Shown here in pieces: positions 1 to 12,747 of a stretch of 64,000 bases of DNA. Source of the stretch: Mobula hypostoma (lineage: Eukaryota); NCBI RefSeq assembly GCF_963921235.1, contig NC_086108.1:99636001-99700000 (forward strand), in the 5' to 3' direction. Made by a program: the position numbers and the translations under genes. Each line of letters starts with the position of its first letter. Position 1 is the stretch's first letter. The notes beneath the pieces are model-generated. The model was not told the DNA's origin, made no database searches, and worked only from the letters and a program-made list of their open reading frames with translations.

Positions 1-569
1 GAGATGAGGAAAATTATTTTTTAAACCTGATGAGTAATGAGAGCTTGAAACTCACTGGAATGGAGACAGAAATTTTCTCATCATGTTTACAAAAACCCAG
101 GTAGGTGTGTGATAAGCCACAGTCTACAAGGGTACTAAATGACTGGGGAATTGGGAGCAACCTACATATCTGTATTAAATAAGTAAATAATAAAGATTCC
201 ATGGTGAGGAGATATAGTGATTTCCTGTGTTCATTACAAACAAAATTAACTGGTTATTGAGGACTCTGCTGTTTGCAAAATCAAACTGTGTGCAAATTAA
301 TTGCTGCATTTGCTTACATAACAGTTATTTTATCATCATTAATTATAAACTCATGTATTTCTGAGCATGGCGATGAGGCATTGCCTAATTACACTTCACC
401 AATATAACTGGCTTAAAAATCCACAGCTTAGGATATGTTGGGATTGCACACTGTTGACAGAGCAGGAAGGGGCCCGGGTAACCAGAAGGTTTCAGACTGC
501 TGTTATTCAGATTCCCAGATGTAGACAGCGATATCAATCAGGCTGATAGAGTCTGAAGCACACAGCAGT

Positions 570-1160
570 CCTCATTGAAGGGGCCAGCAGTGGAAAGGGT
601 GAGCAGTTTCAAGTTCCTGGGTGAACATCTCAGAGGACCTATCTTGGGCCCACCATATTGAAGTGATCATGATGAAGGCACAACAGCAGCTATACTTCAT
701 CAGGGGTATGCCACTAAAGACTCTAGCAAATATCTACGGGTGTACCATGGAGAACATCCTGAGAGGTTACATCACCGTCTCATGTGGAGGCGCCAGTACA
801 CAAGGTTCTGAGAGGCTTCAGAGGTTTGCAGACCCAGCTAGCTCCATCATGGTCTCAAGTTTGCTCACCATCAAGGACATCTTCCAAAGGCGGTGCGTCA
901 TGAAGTTGACTTGAAGGACTGTTGCCATATGGGACTTGCCCTCTTCACAGAGAGGAGGTACAAGAATCGAACGACTCTCAGCTTCTTCCCCTCTGCCATT
1001 AGATTTCTGAATAGTCCATGAACCCATGAACACTACTCACTATTCCTCTTTTGTACTATTTATTTGTAATTATGAATGATAGTAATTTGCAATGAATGTA
1101 CTGTACTGCTGCCACAAACAACGAATGCTCCTGACAAATATGTTGGTGATGATAAACTTG
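570..1160 (+). mobile_element. Rex1/Babar-clade LINE, decayed 3' fragment
   Basis: ORF 621-914 (NISEDLSWAHHI..KAQQQLYFIR..Y.CTMENIL.G.ITV) matches the post-RT C-terminal region seen in the other Rex1-type copies in this window, followed by the same 3' UTR. Confidence 0.75.
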
Positions 1161-1707
1161 GTGCTGATTCCATTTCTTCTCAATTTTAATGTCTGTTTTG
1201 GTTTGGAGGTTGGTGTGGTTATTGGTTTCTGATAAAGGTTACACCAATGGGAAAGAGAACCTGAGAGCCACCTTAGACAGCGTAGTCCATGAGAATCATA
1301 AATCTGATTTTGCCAGGTCCATGGGTTGGCACCTGGCTGGTAAGGTTGGTAGATCCATATGCTGCAAAGGCTTAGCACTCACACTTTATTGGTCAGAATG
1401 CATAAGCGAACTCCTGGACTTGAAGAAGGATCTTGGCCCAAAAAGATCGACTATTTTGTGCTTTCCATAGATGCTGCCTGCCCTGCTGATCTCCTCCAGC
1501 ATTTTGTATATGCTGCTTCGGACTTCCTTGTGAAATCAGATTCTTGTCTCTGAACTTATAAATAATAAAATACCAGCAGAACGCCATAATATCTCACAAA
1601 AAATCCTGTCATAGAAATTCAGTTCATCGCCATCTGTTCACAGGAAGGCTTGTAAACATAGAACATTCAATTGTTAATCTGTTTCTTACCTTACAATATT
1701 TAATTTG

Positions 1708-3087
1708 TAGAAACATGGAAACATAGAAAACATACAGTACAATACAGGTTCTTCGGCCCACAAAGCTGTGCGGAACACATTCTTACCTTCGAACTACCTA
1801 GGCTTACCCATAGCTCTCTATTTTTCTGAGCTCCATGTATCCATCCAGGAGTCTCTTAGAAGACCCTATCATTTCCGCCTCCACCACCGCCGCCAGCAGC
1901 CCCTTCCACACACTCACCACTCTCTGTATAAAAAACTTACCCTGGCATCTTCTCTGTACCAACTTCTAAGAACCTTAAAACTATGCCCTCTTGTGCGAGC
2001 CATTTCAGCCCTGGGAAAAAGCCTTTGACTATCCACACGATCAATGCCTCTCAATATCTTGTACACCTCTCTCAAGTCACCTCCATCCTCTGTCACTCCA
2101 AGGAGAAAAGGCCGAGTTCACTCAACCTATTCTCATAAGGCATGCTCCCCAATCCAGGCAACATCCTTGCAAATATCCTCTGCACCCTTTCTATGGTTTC
2201 CACATCCTTCCTGTTGTGAGGCGACTAGAATTGAACACAGTACTCCAAGTGGGATCTGACCAGGGTCCTATATAGCTGAAACATTACCTCTTGGGTCTTA
2301 AACTCAGTCCCATGATTGATGAAAGCCAATGCCCTGTGTACCTTCTTAACCACAGAGTCAACCTGCGTAGCAGCTTTGAGTGTCTTATGGACTTGGACCC
2401 CAAGATCTCACTGATCCTCCAAACTGCCAAGAGTCTTGCCATTAATGCTATATTCCGTCATCATATTTGACCTACCAAAATGAGCCACCTCACATTTATC
2501 TGAGTTGAACTCCTTCTGCCACTTCTTAGCCCAGTTTTGCATCCTATCAATGTCCTGCTGTAACCTCTGACAGCCCTCTACCCTATCCACAACACCCCCA
2601 ACTATTGTGCCATCAGCAATTTTCTTAACCCATCCCTTCACTTCCTTATCCAGGTCATTTATAAAAATCACAAAGAGTAGGGGTCCCAGAACAGATCTCT
2701 GAGGCACACCACTGGTTACTGACCTCCATGCAGAATATGACCCATCTACAACCACTCTTTGCCTTCTGTGGGCAAGCCAGTTCTGGATCCACAAAGCAAT
2801 GTCCCCTTGGATCCCATGCCTTCTTGCTTTCTCAATAAGCCTTTCATGGGGTACCTTATCAAATGCCTTGCTAAAATCCATCTACACTACATCTACTGCT
2901 CTATCTTCATCAATGTGTTTAGTCACATCCTCAAAAAATTCAATCAGGCTCGTAAGGCACGACCTGCCTTTGACAAAACCGTGCTGACTATTCCTAATCA
3001 TATTATGCCTCTCTAAATATTCACAAATCCTGCCTCCCAGGATCTTCTCCATCAACTTACCAACCACTGAAGTAAGACTCACTGGCT
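1708..3087 (-). mobile_element. CR1 LINE, 5'-truncated, decayed (RT to 3' end)
   Basis: RT motifs [46 protein letters not shown] in ORFs 2882-3097 and 2408-2881; 3' tail of short TTCTATG-like repeats near 1710-1730. Confidence 0.9.
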
Positions 3088-3404
3088 TTTTATGCACTTC
3101 AGTTTGTTATTTATATATCATTCATCTGTAGATTTTACCTTTACCTTCATAAGTTATTGCATGTAATACGTGTTATATGTACTACTGTGCATTATACCCT
3201 GGTTCAGAGAAACGTTGTCTCATTTCTATTTTCATTATATGGTTATATACATTAAATACATGTATATAGTTAAATGAGAGTAAACTTGTCTTGACTTGTT
3301 ACTCTTTCTCTGCTGATGCTGCCTGACATGCTGAGGTTTTGCAGCATTGTGTTTTTGATTCAGGTTTCCGTCATTTGGAGATTTTTGATCATTACACTAC
3401 CCCT

Positions 3405-3735
3405 GGTGCGGTAGCATAGTGGTTAGCTCAATTCTTTGCAGCGTCAGCAATTACTGATTAGAGGTTCAATGCCCATAGCTGTCTGTAAGGAGTTCTTCCC
3501 CTGACTGCGTGGGTTTCCACCAGGTGATCCCATTTTCTCCCACTTTCCAGATATATGGGTTAGGGTTAGGGTTAGGGTTAGTAAGTTGTGGGTATGCTAT
3601 GTTGGTGCTGGAAGCATGTGACATTTGGGGGCTGCCCCCAGCACATTCTCGGATTATGTTGGTCGTTGATGCAAAGCAGCACAATTCACTGCACATTTCA
3701 ATGGTTTGATGTACTTGTAACAAATAAAACTAATC
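3405..3735 (+). mobile_element. tRNA-derived V-SINE (HE1-like)
   Basis: A-box-like GGTAGCATAGTGG, B-box-like GGTTCAATGCC, V-domain-like core (AAGGAG..TTCTTCCCCTGACTGCGTGGGTTTCC). Confidence 0.75.
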
Positions 3736-3856
3736 CTTTTTTCTATCCCTGGTCATGTTAACCAGTGAAGTCTTGTCATCATGTAGAATTTATTTTAAAG
3801 GCAGTTCCAATATCTGCCACTCTAAATATTTATTTATAGTTTAATCAGAAGAAATG

Positions 3857-4718
3857 CTCTCAGTGACCACTTTATTGGTTTGAGGTACTTAATGAAGTGG
3901 TCTTCAGCTGCTGTAGCCTATCCACTTTAAAGTTTGACATGTTGTGCATTCAGAGCTGCTCTACTGCACAACACTGTTGAAATGTGTGGAAATTTGAGGT
4001 ACTGTCACCTTCTTGTCAGATTGAACCAGTCTGGCCATTTTCCTCTGACCTCTCTCATTAACAAGGCATTTTTGCCCACTCAACTGGATGATTTTTGTTT
4101 CTCGCACCAGAATGTCAACTCTAGAAACTGTTGGGCATGAAAATCCCAGGAGATCAGCAGATTTTGACATACTCAAATTACCCCATCTGGCACCAACAAT
4201 CATTCCACAGTCAAGGCCACTTGGAACACATTTCTCGATCCACATGATCGTGTGGATAGTCAGAGGCTTTTCCCCAGGGCTGAAATGGCTGCCACAAGAG
4301 GGCACACGTTTAAGGTGCTTGGGAGTATGTACAGAGATGTCAGGGGTAAGTTTTTTTATGCAGAGAGTGGTGAGTGTGTGGAATGGGCTGCTGGCAACAG
4401 TGGTGGAGGTAGATATAACAGGGTCTTTTAAGAGACTTTTGGATAGGTAAATTAGAAAAATAGAGGGTTATGGGTAACCCTGGTAATTTCTAAGGTAGGG
4501 ACATGTTTGGCACAACTTTGTGGGCTGAAGGGCCTGTATTGTGCTTTAGGTTTTCTATATTTCAATGTTTCTTCACCATGCTGATATTTGGCCTGAACAA
4601 CAACTGAACCTCTTGACCACATCTGTATGCTATTATGCATTGAGTTCTTGGCATGTGATTAGATATTTGAATTAATGAACCAGCGTACAGGTGCACCTAA
4701 TTAAGTGGCCACTGTGTG
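3857..4718 (-). mobile_element. Tc1-family DNA transposon, internally deleted, with transposase N-terminal (HTH) remnant
   Basis: Imperfect TIRs CTCTCAGTGACCACTTTATTGGT / ACCTAATTAAGTGGCCACTGTGTG; ORF 3961-4305 contains GMIVGAR.GN.S.SK.ADLLGFS.PTVSRV..GQKCLVNERGQRKMARLVQSDKKVTVPQI, typical of Tc1 transposase DNA-binding domains. Confidence 0.85.
4250..4570 (+). mobile_element. CR1 3' end nested in the Tc1 remnant
   Basis: FFMQRVVSVWNGL..FKRLLDR C-terminus, GGGCTGAAGGGCC 3' stem-loop and tail. Confidence 0.8.
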
Positions 4719-6364
4719 CATTTTCAAGAGAAAAGTCTCGAGGAACTTATCTGAAAGAAAATTAAGACAGAGAGAAAAAAATATCAAAATTAAGCCCTTT
4801 GACCAGAGGTGGTTTTATTCGGGTATGATCACTGTCCCCACCTGATCCTCCGAGCTTATGGTCCCCAGATCAGAATCAGAATCAGGTTTAATATCGCCAG
4901 CATATATCATGAAATTTGTTACCTTTATGACAGCAGTACAATGCAATACATGATAAATAAATATAGAGAAAAATAACTGAATTACAGTAAGTATATACAC
5001 AGTATGCCTATTAAATTGTTAAGTTAAACTAAGTAGTGCAAAAAAAACAGAAATAAAGAAGTAGTGAGGTAGCGATAATAAATCCAAATTACTATAATAT
5101 TAACAGCAAACGTGAACAGGTCATAGAGCGTCTGCAGAAAGAAAAATAATGTTAATATTTCAGGAGAATATTCCTTTGTCAAAAAAATTCTGACAAAGGA
5201 TCCTCCACTTAAAATGTTAACTTTGTTTCTCCTTCTCCAGATGCTGATCTGATCTGCTGATTGTTTTATTTCAGATTTCCAGCATCTGCAGTATTTTGGC
5301 TTTGGCTTGGTGAGCAGTTTAAAGTGCTGGTCTGGGAGAGCACTCACACATGGGAGTTTAGACCAGCCCAGAGTTAATCTACTTACTGTGTGCACTCATT
5401 ACCCTGTGAAGAAAGGAAGTCCACTAATTTCCTCATCATCTGTAAATTCACATTTGGTGCTGATTACATCTGAGAGCTATTCTGTCACATTCCTCCAGTA
5501 AAGAAACAAGAGAAGGTGGAAAGTAAAGAAATTAGAAGTGAGAAAACTTTATTTCCCCAAGGGGTTAAATGAAGTTTTCGGCCTCTGTATGCTCTGACAC
5601 AGTCTGCTATTCCTGTCTGCCTCTGGGAATGTGATTGACTGTGGCCTGGAATCTCCTGATTACAGGTGCCTGCAGGCAATAGCTTCCCAGTCATGCTGGT
5701 AAGGATCATTACCTGATATTATTAGAACATTAAAGGCAATCAATAGGTTTTTAATTTTTTTTTTCTGTGACACAATTCCCTCAGCAGAATTATAGCAATG
5801 TATTCATGAGACTGCAATAATGAGTATATTGACTCTGGTTTTATATAAATCACTGAACACAGTATCTAGTTAGAACAAGCCATACCGATATGCTGACCTG
5901 AATATGCACTCAGTTAAAATATGCTGAATAGGTCCATAATCCATCCAATATTAAAACATCATGATATTTTCTTACACATGGAGGTTTGTCTTTATCACTG
6001 TAAAAAGAATTTCCCTTGTGCTCAGTGCAATCCTCCAAGTCATTGTTACCTTGAGACCTGACCAGTCCAGTGTAGTACTGGCTGTTATTCCTTGCTTCTC
6101 CCTTCATCAACTTAAACATCTTCTGTGGACTCTACTGTCTAGATTCCAATGACTCTAGTTGCATTCACTCATTACCTCGCACTTGTGGATCTGCACTAAC
6201 TCCTGGTTTAGCAACGCACTGATTTTGTAAGTGATAGCTTGAATCTCCTTGCACTGAGTGCCATGAGAGATACTATGATGTTCATAAGAACTTAGAAGAG
6301 TACAGCACAGTACAGGACCTTCAGTCCACAAGGTTGTGCTGACTGTTTAACCTATTCCATGATC

Positions 6365-6942
6365 ATAAGACCATAAGTCCATAAGATATTGGAGCTGAAT
6401 TGGGCCATTTGGCTCATCGAGTCTGCTCTACCATTTCATCATGGCTGATCCATTTTTCCTCTCAGCCCCAATCTTCTGCCTTCTGCCCATATCCCTTCAT
6501 GCCTTGACCAATCAAGAATCTATCAACCTTTGCTTTAAATATGCATAAAGGCTTGACCTCCACAGCTAGCCCGTGGCAAAGAATTCCACAGAGTCGCCAC
6601 TCTCTGGCTAAAGAAATTCCTCCTCATCTCTGTACTATAAGGACATCTCTCTATTCTGAGGCTGTGCCCTTTTGTCTTAGACTCTACCACAGGAAACATC
6701 CTCTCCACATCCACTCTATCAAGGCCTTTCAACATTCAGTAAGTTTCAATGAGGTCACCCTCATTCTTCTGAATTCCAGTGAGTAGAGGCCCAGAGCCAT
6801 CAAATGTTCTTGATATGACAAACCTTTCAATCCCAGAATCATTTTTGTGAACCTTCTTTGAACCTTCTCCGATGTCAGCACACCCTTTCTTAAATAAGGG
6901 GTTCAAAACTTCTCATAATACTCCAAGTGAGGCCTCACCAGT
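6365..6942 (-). mobile_element. CR1 3' fragment nested in an older CR1 remnant (about 6285-7375)
   Basis: ORF 6535-6735 LKGLDRVDVERMFP..GHSLRI..RRNFFSQRV; CTTATGG-type repeat tail. Confidence 0.8.
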
Positions 6943-8214
6943 TAGATCAATCTACCTTCTCCTTTCTAAATAGCCCTCCATTTTTCTATCAACCATGGGC
7001 CCACCTAGGAATCTCTTAAATGTCCCTGTTGCATCTGCCTCTACCAATCATCTCTGTTAGCATGCTCCATGCAACCACCATCCTCTCTGTAAAAAAATAA
7101 CTGTTTCTGACTTCCCCCTATACTTACCTCCAATCACCTTAAAATCACGCTCCTTTGTATTAGCTATTTATACCCTGCGAAAAATTCTCTGGCGGTCCAC
7201 TCTATCTATGCCTCTTGTCATATAATGCTCTACGAAGTCATCTCTTATCCTCCTTCACACCAAAATGAAGAGACCTAGCTCACTCAACTTATCCTCATAA
7301 GACATGCTAACCCAAGCAGCGTCATGGTAAATCTCCTATACACCCTCTCTAAAGGTTCCACATCTTTTCTATAATGATGGGCTCCTCAGTGTCTTTATCA
7401 ACTGGAAGTCTACCACTGGGAAAAAGATGGTGTAATCACCTTATAAATGATATCACAAAGGAAAATAGACAAGAATCTGGGGGAATGTTTCACATAGGTC
7501 ACTTATGCCTGTTGACCAATGAAGAATGGGCGGCAGGTTTTTTGGCAACATTATAAGCAAAGATCTGTGGCTCTACCAGCTTCGCTAACATCCTTTTCCA
7601 CAACTCTCTCCATATATTCTTGTCTTCTCTATAGTCCTGTAAACCCTCCAAACCATTCAGTCATCTAGTTAAAGCCTCTTTCTTCTCCCCAAAGGTCATA
7701 ATTGCACCATTAGTGGGTGTCCCTACAATTTCCAAGGTCCTAAGCTCTGCAATGCCTCACTGCCATGATACATTTTCACATGACTTGGTGTGACATTCCT
7801 TATTGTTAGAAGCTTGTAAAACTGAGAGGCATCAACAGACTAGACAGCCACATTTGTTTTCTCTGATTAGAACCCTTGATATGATAGGGAAAGTTTAAAA
7901 GGCATTTTATCTTACACAGAAGATGGTAGGTGCCTGAAATGGTCTGCCAGAGGTAGTAGTGGAAGCAGATACAATAGTGGTTGTCAAGAGGCTTTTAAAG
8001 ACAGGCACATGAATATGCAGAGAACAGAGGGATGTAGATCACATACGGGCTAAGAGGAGTCATCTAACTTGACACCATGGTTGACAGGCATTGTGGGCCG
8101 AAGGGACTTTTCTAGTGCTGTACTGCTCTGTGTTCTATGTGACTCACCATGCAGTGACTTGCGGCTGAAGTGTTGCTATACTAATCACTGACCACCTCAG
8201 AAAGCAGGGTCTCC

Positions 8215-8860
8215 TGGTCGCTTCCTATTTCAATTCAACCTCCCATTCCAACATGTCATTCCATGGCCTCCTCTACTGCCATGATGAGGCCAAACTTAAG
8301 TCGGAGGAGCAAAACTTCATATTCTGTTTGGGTGGCCTCCAACCTGATGATATGAACATCAGTCTTTCCAACTTCCGGTAATTTCTCCCCCACTCCCCCT
8401 TTCTTTTTCCATTCCCTATTTTTAGTTACCCACTCACCCCTTCTCTTCTTACCTGCCAATCGCCTCCCTCTGGTTCCCCTCATTCTGCCCCTTTGCCCAT
8501 GGTCCATTGTCCTCCCCTATCAAATTCCTTCTTCTTCAACCCTTTACCTTATCTACCTATCGAATAGGTTACATGGTTGGCACAACATTGTGGGCCGAAG
8601 AACCTGTAATATGCTGTAGGTTTCTATGTTCTATCAGCTCCCAGCTTCTTACTTTATTCCCACACACCATCCCCCTCGTTAGGTCTCACCCATCTCCTGC
8701 CAGCTTGTACTCCTTCCCATCCCTCACCTTCTGATTCTGGCCTCTGCCCCCCTTCCTTTCCAATTCTGATGAAGGGTCTCAGGCTGAAGCATCAGCTATT
8801 TTTGCTCGCCCATAGATGCTGCCTGACCTGCTGAGTTCCTCTATCATTTTGTATGTGTCG
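8215..8860 (+). mobile_element. Penelope-like element 3' remnant (end of GIY-YIG ORF, pyrimidine-rich spacer, terminal repeat), with a short CR1 3' tail inserted at about 8562-8634
   Basis: Sequence similar to the PLE at 51.7-53.4 kb (CATGGCCTCCTCTACTG..GATGAGGCCA..GGAGGAGCAA..CTCCAACCTGATG) and to its terminus CCATAGATGCTGCCTGACCTGCTGAGTTCC. Confidence 0.8.
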
Positions 8861-9559
8861 TATGAGAACCTCCAATGTGTAAAATCACAATATTTACACA
8901 GGATTGCTCAGGACTGGCAAACGGTATATTATAGCATGCCACTTGTATATTGAAACATCCCATGGTATCAGAAGGTATGACAGTGCACCTTTCTGTACGG
9001 TCAGTGCTGATGTCAGTAATTGTGCAATGGCACCTGCCCTAACAAATTTGTACACAGTGTGGAGTGTGGGTGCGAAAACAGTTCTACACAACAGGAAGAA
9101 TCCTTATGCCAGAGGTATTTAAAGGGCCAGTGAACTTAGGACAGGAAGGAATTGGGCTGATTCTGAGAGACTGAACTTTTGATGTGGCAGCAGCTGGGGA
9201 AATGTACAGAACATAGAACACTATGGGCCTATTCGACCTTTAACCTACTGTACTATCAATCTCTTGTTTTCCTTTCATCCATGCGCCTACTTGAGTCTTT
9301 TAAATGTCCCCTCTACCACCACCCTCAGCAGTGCATTCTGGACACTTGAGGATGTGTATATAAAAAAATCCATCTCTGGCATCTCCCCTAAACTTTCCTC
9401 CACTCGCCTTAAAAGGATGTCCTGTGGTATTAGCGATTGTCACTCTGGGAAAAAGGTACCGGCTGTCCATTCTCCTCAATTAGAGGCTGCCTGATCCCAT
9501 GAGTTCCTCCAGCATTATATGTCTGTTGCTCAAGATTTCCAGCAACTGCAGAATCTCTT

Positions 9560-9818
9560 CAGTAGGTCAATGGTTCAATTTAACAGCAGAGAAGTGCATA
9601 CAATATACATCCTGAAATTCTTGTTCTTCACAGACATCTACAAAAACAGAAGAGTGCTCCAAAGAATGAGTGACTGTAAAACGTTAGAATCCCAAAGTCC
9701 CCCCCAGTCTTCCTCTCCCACATACAAGCAGCCTCAAAGCAATGACCCTCCCCCACGAAAAAATGAGCAGCACCCTCCACCCACCAAGCAAGCAATAGCA
9801 AAGCCCCCAAAAATCTCC
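9560..9818 (-). mobile_element. Unclassified short retroposon 3' end inserted in a PLE terminus
   Basis: Flanked by an exact 11-bp duplication CAGAATCTCTT (9549-9559 and 9819-9829). Confidence 0.65.
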
Positions 9819-9929
9819 CAGAATCTCTTGTGTGTATGACTGGCTCTTGTTGCTGTTGCCTGAGCATTGCGTTGTCAAAATAAGAATATCGTCAGACACT
9901 TCTGTCTCTGAGTAAGGCTTCACTAATAT

Positions 9930-10375
9930 CGTTTTTATTCAGCATACTGGAGGAAGCCAACAAGAACAGCATCTCCACCACGATAACCAACACCAGCTCC
10001 TATAGATAGGTGATGTCACCTGAATGCCTAATTCACATCTCCTCAAACAAATCCTCTACTCCCAGTAGAAGGAAGGTCAGTGGGCAAAGGTAATGCTTCA
10101 AAGATAACATCAAAATCTGTCTGAAGAAGCTCAAGATTGCATCCAAAAACTGGAAAGACATTGCACACCTGGAGGAAACCTGTTCAAGAAGGGGCTGAAA
10201 AAAGAGAAACTGAATAACCAAAAGACCCAACTACTAACCATAGACACCACTTAGCTCTTGGATACACTGCACCTGCATATCTGGGTCCTGGATCAGTCTC
10301 TACAGCCAGCTGAGGACCCACCAATTGACAACCCCTTAGGAGAACATCATACTCAACTCCAGTGATCACTCTACT
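9930..10375 (+). mobile_element. RTE-clade LINE 3' remnant
   Basis: Manual translation gives RRKVSGQR*CFKDNIKICLKKLKIASKNWKDIA, resembling the RTE ORF C-terminal motif R..GGQ.KRFKD.LK..LK...I....WE..A. Confidence 0.6.
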
Positions 10376-11385
10376 ATTATTCAGAGTAATTCTGCCATGG
10401 ATTTTATGAGTGGTTTTGCATCATGCTACTGGACATCCACCTCCTTGGTTCCAGTCATTTTTACACATCAGTTTGAAAAGTAAAGGCAGCCTGTACAGGA
10501 ATGTAACACTATAGAATTAGAAGGCTTATTCCTTCAGGATTTTGTTGTATTTTCAATCTTTCTTTCATTACATCTGTCCCCTATTATTTTAAAAATGAGT
10601 TTTCTGCCAAGTTGCCACATCGTTATTTTAAATACAATCAACATAAAAAAGAAATCAATTAAAATACAATCACATGTGAACTTTTTTTTATCTCCCTTGG
10701 CTGTTTTAATTTAAAAGGTTCTGCTCTTACAAGGTCACTGACTTTAAATTTAATTTCTTTTTTTCACAGATGTGTTATCAAGCACACAGCGGGGAATAAT
10801 TATCTTACAACATCATTAGAGACTGCAAAGAATCACCCATCCAGAATGATGAAGACTAAGGCAAATGCCTTTAAATACACCTAATATATAGCCCCATTTA
10901 GACTGGAGCAGGTCTGATAAAGTGTACGGCAAAGATCAGGATCTGAATAGCTCCGTTTAAAACAACACTCAACACTGCACTTTCGACAAGGTGTTCTAAA
11001 CACAGCTTCAAGATGTATTTGTTATAGTAGCTAGCTGAGGAGATCTAATTTCAAGTTCAAATTTCAAAGTAAACTTATTATCCCACTATATACCACCCTG
11101 AGACACATTTTCTTAGAACCATAGAACCATAGAAACTACAGCACAGAAACAGGCCATTTGGCCCTTCTTGGCTGTGCCGAACCATTTTCTGCCTAGTCCC
11201 ACTGACCTGCACACGGACCATATCCCTCCATACACCTCCCATCCATGTATCTGTCAAATTTATTCTTAAATGTTAAAAAAGAACCCGCATTTACCACCTC
11301 ATCTGGCAGCTCATTCCATACTCCCACCACTCTCTGTGTGAAGAAGCCCCCGCTAATGTTCCCTTTAAACATTCCCCCCCCACCC

Positions 11386-12747
11386 TTAACCCATGTCCTC
11401 TGGTTCTTTCTCCCCTTGCCTCAGTGGAAAAAGCCTGCTTGCATTCACTCTATCAATACCCATCATAATTTTATATACCTCTGTCAAATCTCCCCTCATT
11501 CTTCTACGCTCCAGGGAATAAAGTCCTAACCTATTCAACCTTTCTCTGTAACTGAGTTTCTCAAGTCCCGGCAAAATCCTTGTAAACCTTCTCTGCACTC
11601 TTTCAACCTTATTTATATCCTTCCTGTAATTTGGTGACCAAAACTGAACACAATACTCCAGATTCGGCCTCACCAATGCCTTATACAACCTCATCATAAC
11701 ATTCCAGCTCTTATACTCAATACTTTGATTAATAAAGGCCAATGTACCAAAAGCACTCTTTACGACCCTAACTACCTGTGATGCCACTTTTAGGGAATTT
11801 TGTATCTGTATTCCCAGATCCCTCTGTTCCACTGCACTCCTCAGTGCGTTATCATTAACCCTGTATGTTCTACCTTGGTTTGTCCTTCCAACATGCAATA
11901 CCTCACACTTGTCAGTATTAAACTCCATCTGCCATTTTTCAGCCCATTTTTCCAGCTGGTCCAAGTCCCTCTGCAGGCTCTGAAAACCTTCCTCACTGTC
12001 TACTACACCTCCAATCTTTGTATCATCAGCAAACTTGCTGATCCAATTTACCACATTATCATCCAGATCATTGATATAGATGACAAATAACAATGGACCC
12101 AGCACTGATCCCTGTGGCACACCACTAGTCACAGGCCTCCACTCAGAGAAGTAATTCTCTACTACCACTCTTTGGCTTCTTCCATTGAGCCAATATCTAA
12201 TCCAATTTACCACCTCTCCATGTATACCTAGCAACTGAATTTTCCTAACTAACCTCCCATGCGGGACCTTGTCAAAGGCCTTATTGAAGTCCATGAAGAC
12301 AATATCCACTGCCTTCCCTTCATCCACTTTCCAAGTAACCTCCTTGAAAAACTCCAATAGATTGGTCAAACATGACCTACCACGCACAAAGCCATGTTGA
12401 CTCTCCCTAATAAGTCCCTGTCTATCTAAATGCTTGTGGATTCTGTCTCTTAGTACTCCCTCCAATAACTTACCTACTACCGACGTTAAATTTACTGGCC
12501 TATAATTTCCCGGATTACTTTTCGATCCTTTTTTAAACAACGGAACAACATGAGCCACTCTCCAATCCTCCGGCATCTCACCTGGAGACAGCGACATTTT
12601 AAATATTTCTGCCAGGGCCCCTGCAATTTCAACACTAGTCTCCTTCAAGGTCCGAGGGAACACCCTGTCAGGTCCCAGGGATTTATCCACTTTAATTTTC
12701 CTCAAGACAGCAAGGACCTCCTCCTTTTCGATCTGTACAGTTTTCAT
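11386..12747 (-). pseudogene. CR1 ORF2 C-terminal part: reverse transcriptase
   Basis: 453-aa open frame with [50 protein letters not shown]. Confidence 0.92.

Noticed and set aside
26..52. CTGATGA..GAAA hammerhead look-alike
   Set aside because: No convincing stems I or II; the context looks like a decayed CR1 3' region
3557..3580. (GGGTTA)4 telomere-like run
   Set aside because: It sits inside a V-SINE where a related copy has a similar short GGGTTAG motif; best explained as slippage, not a fusion scar
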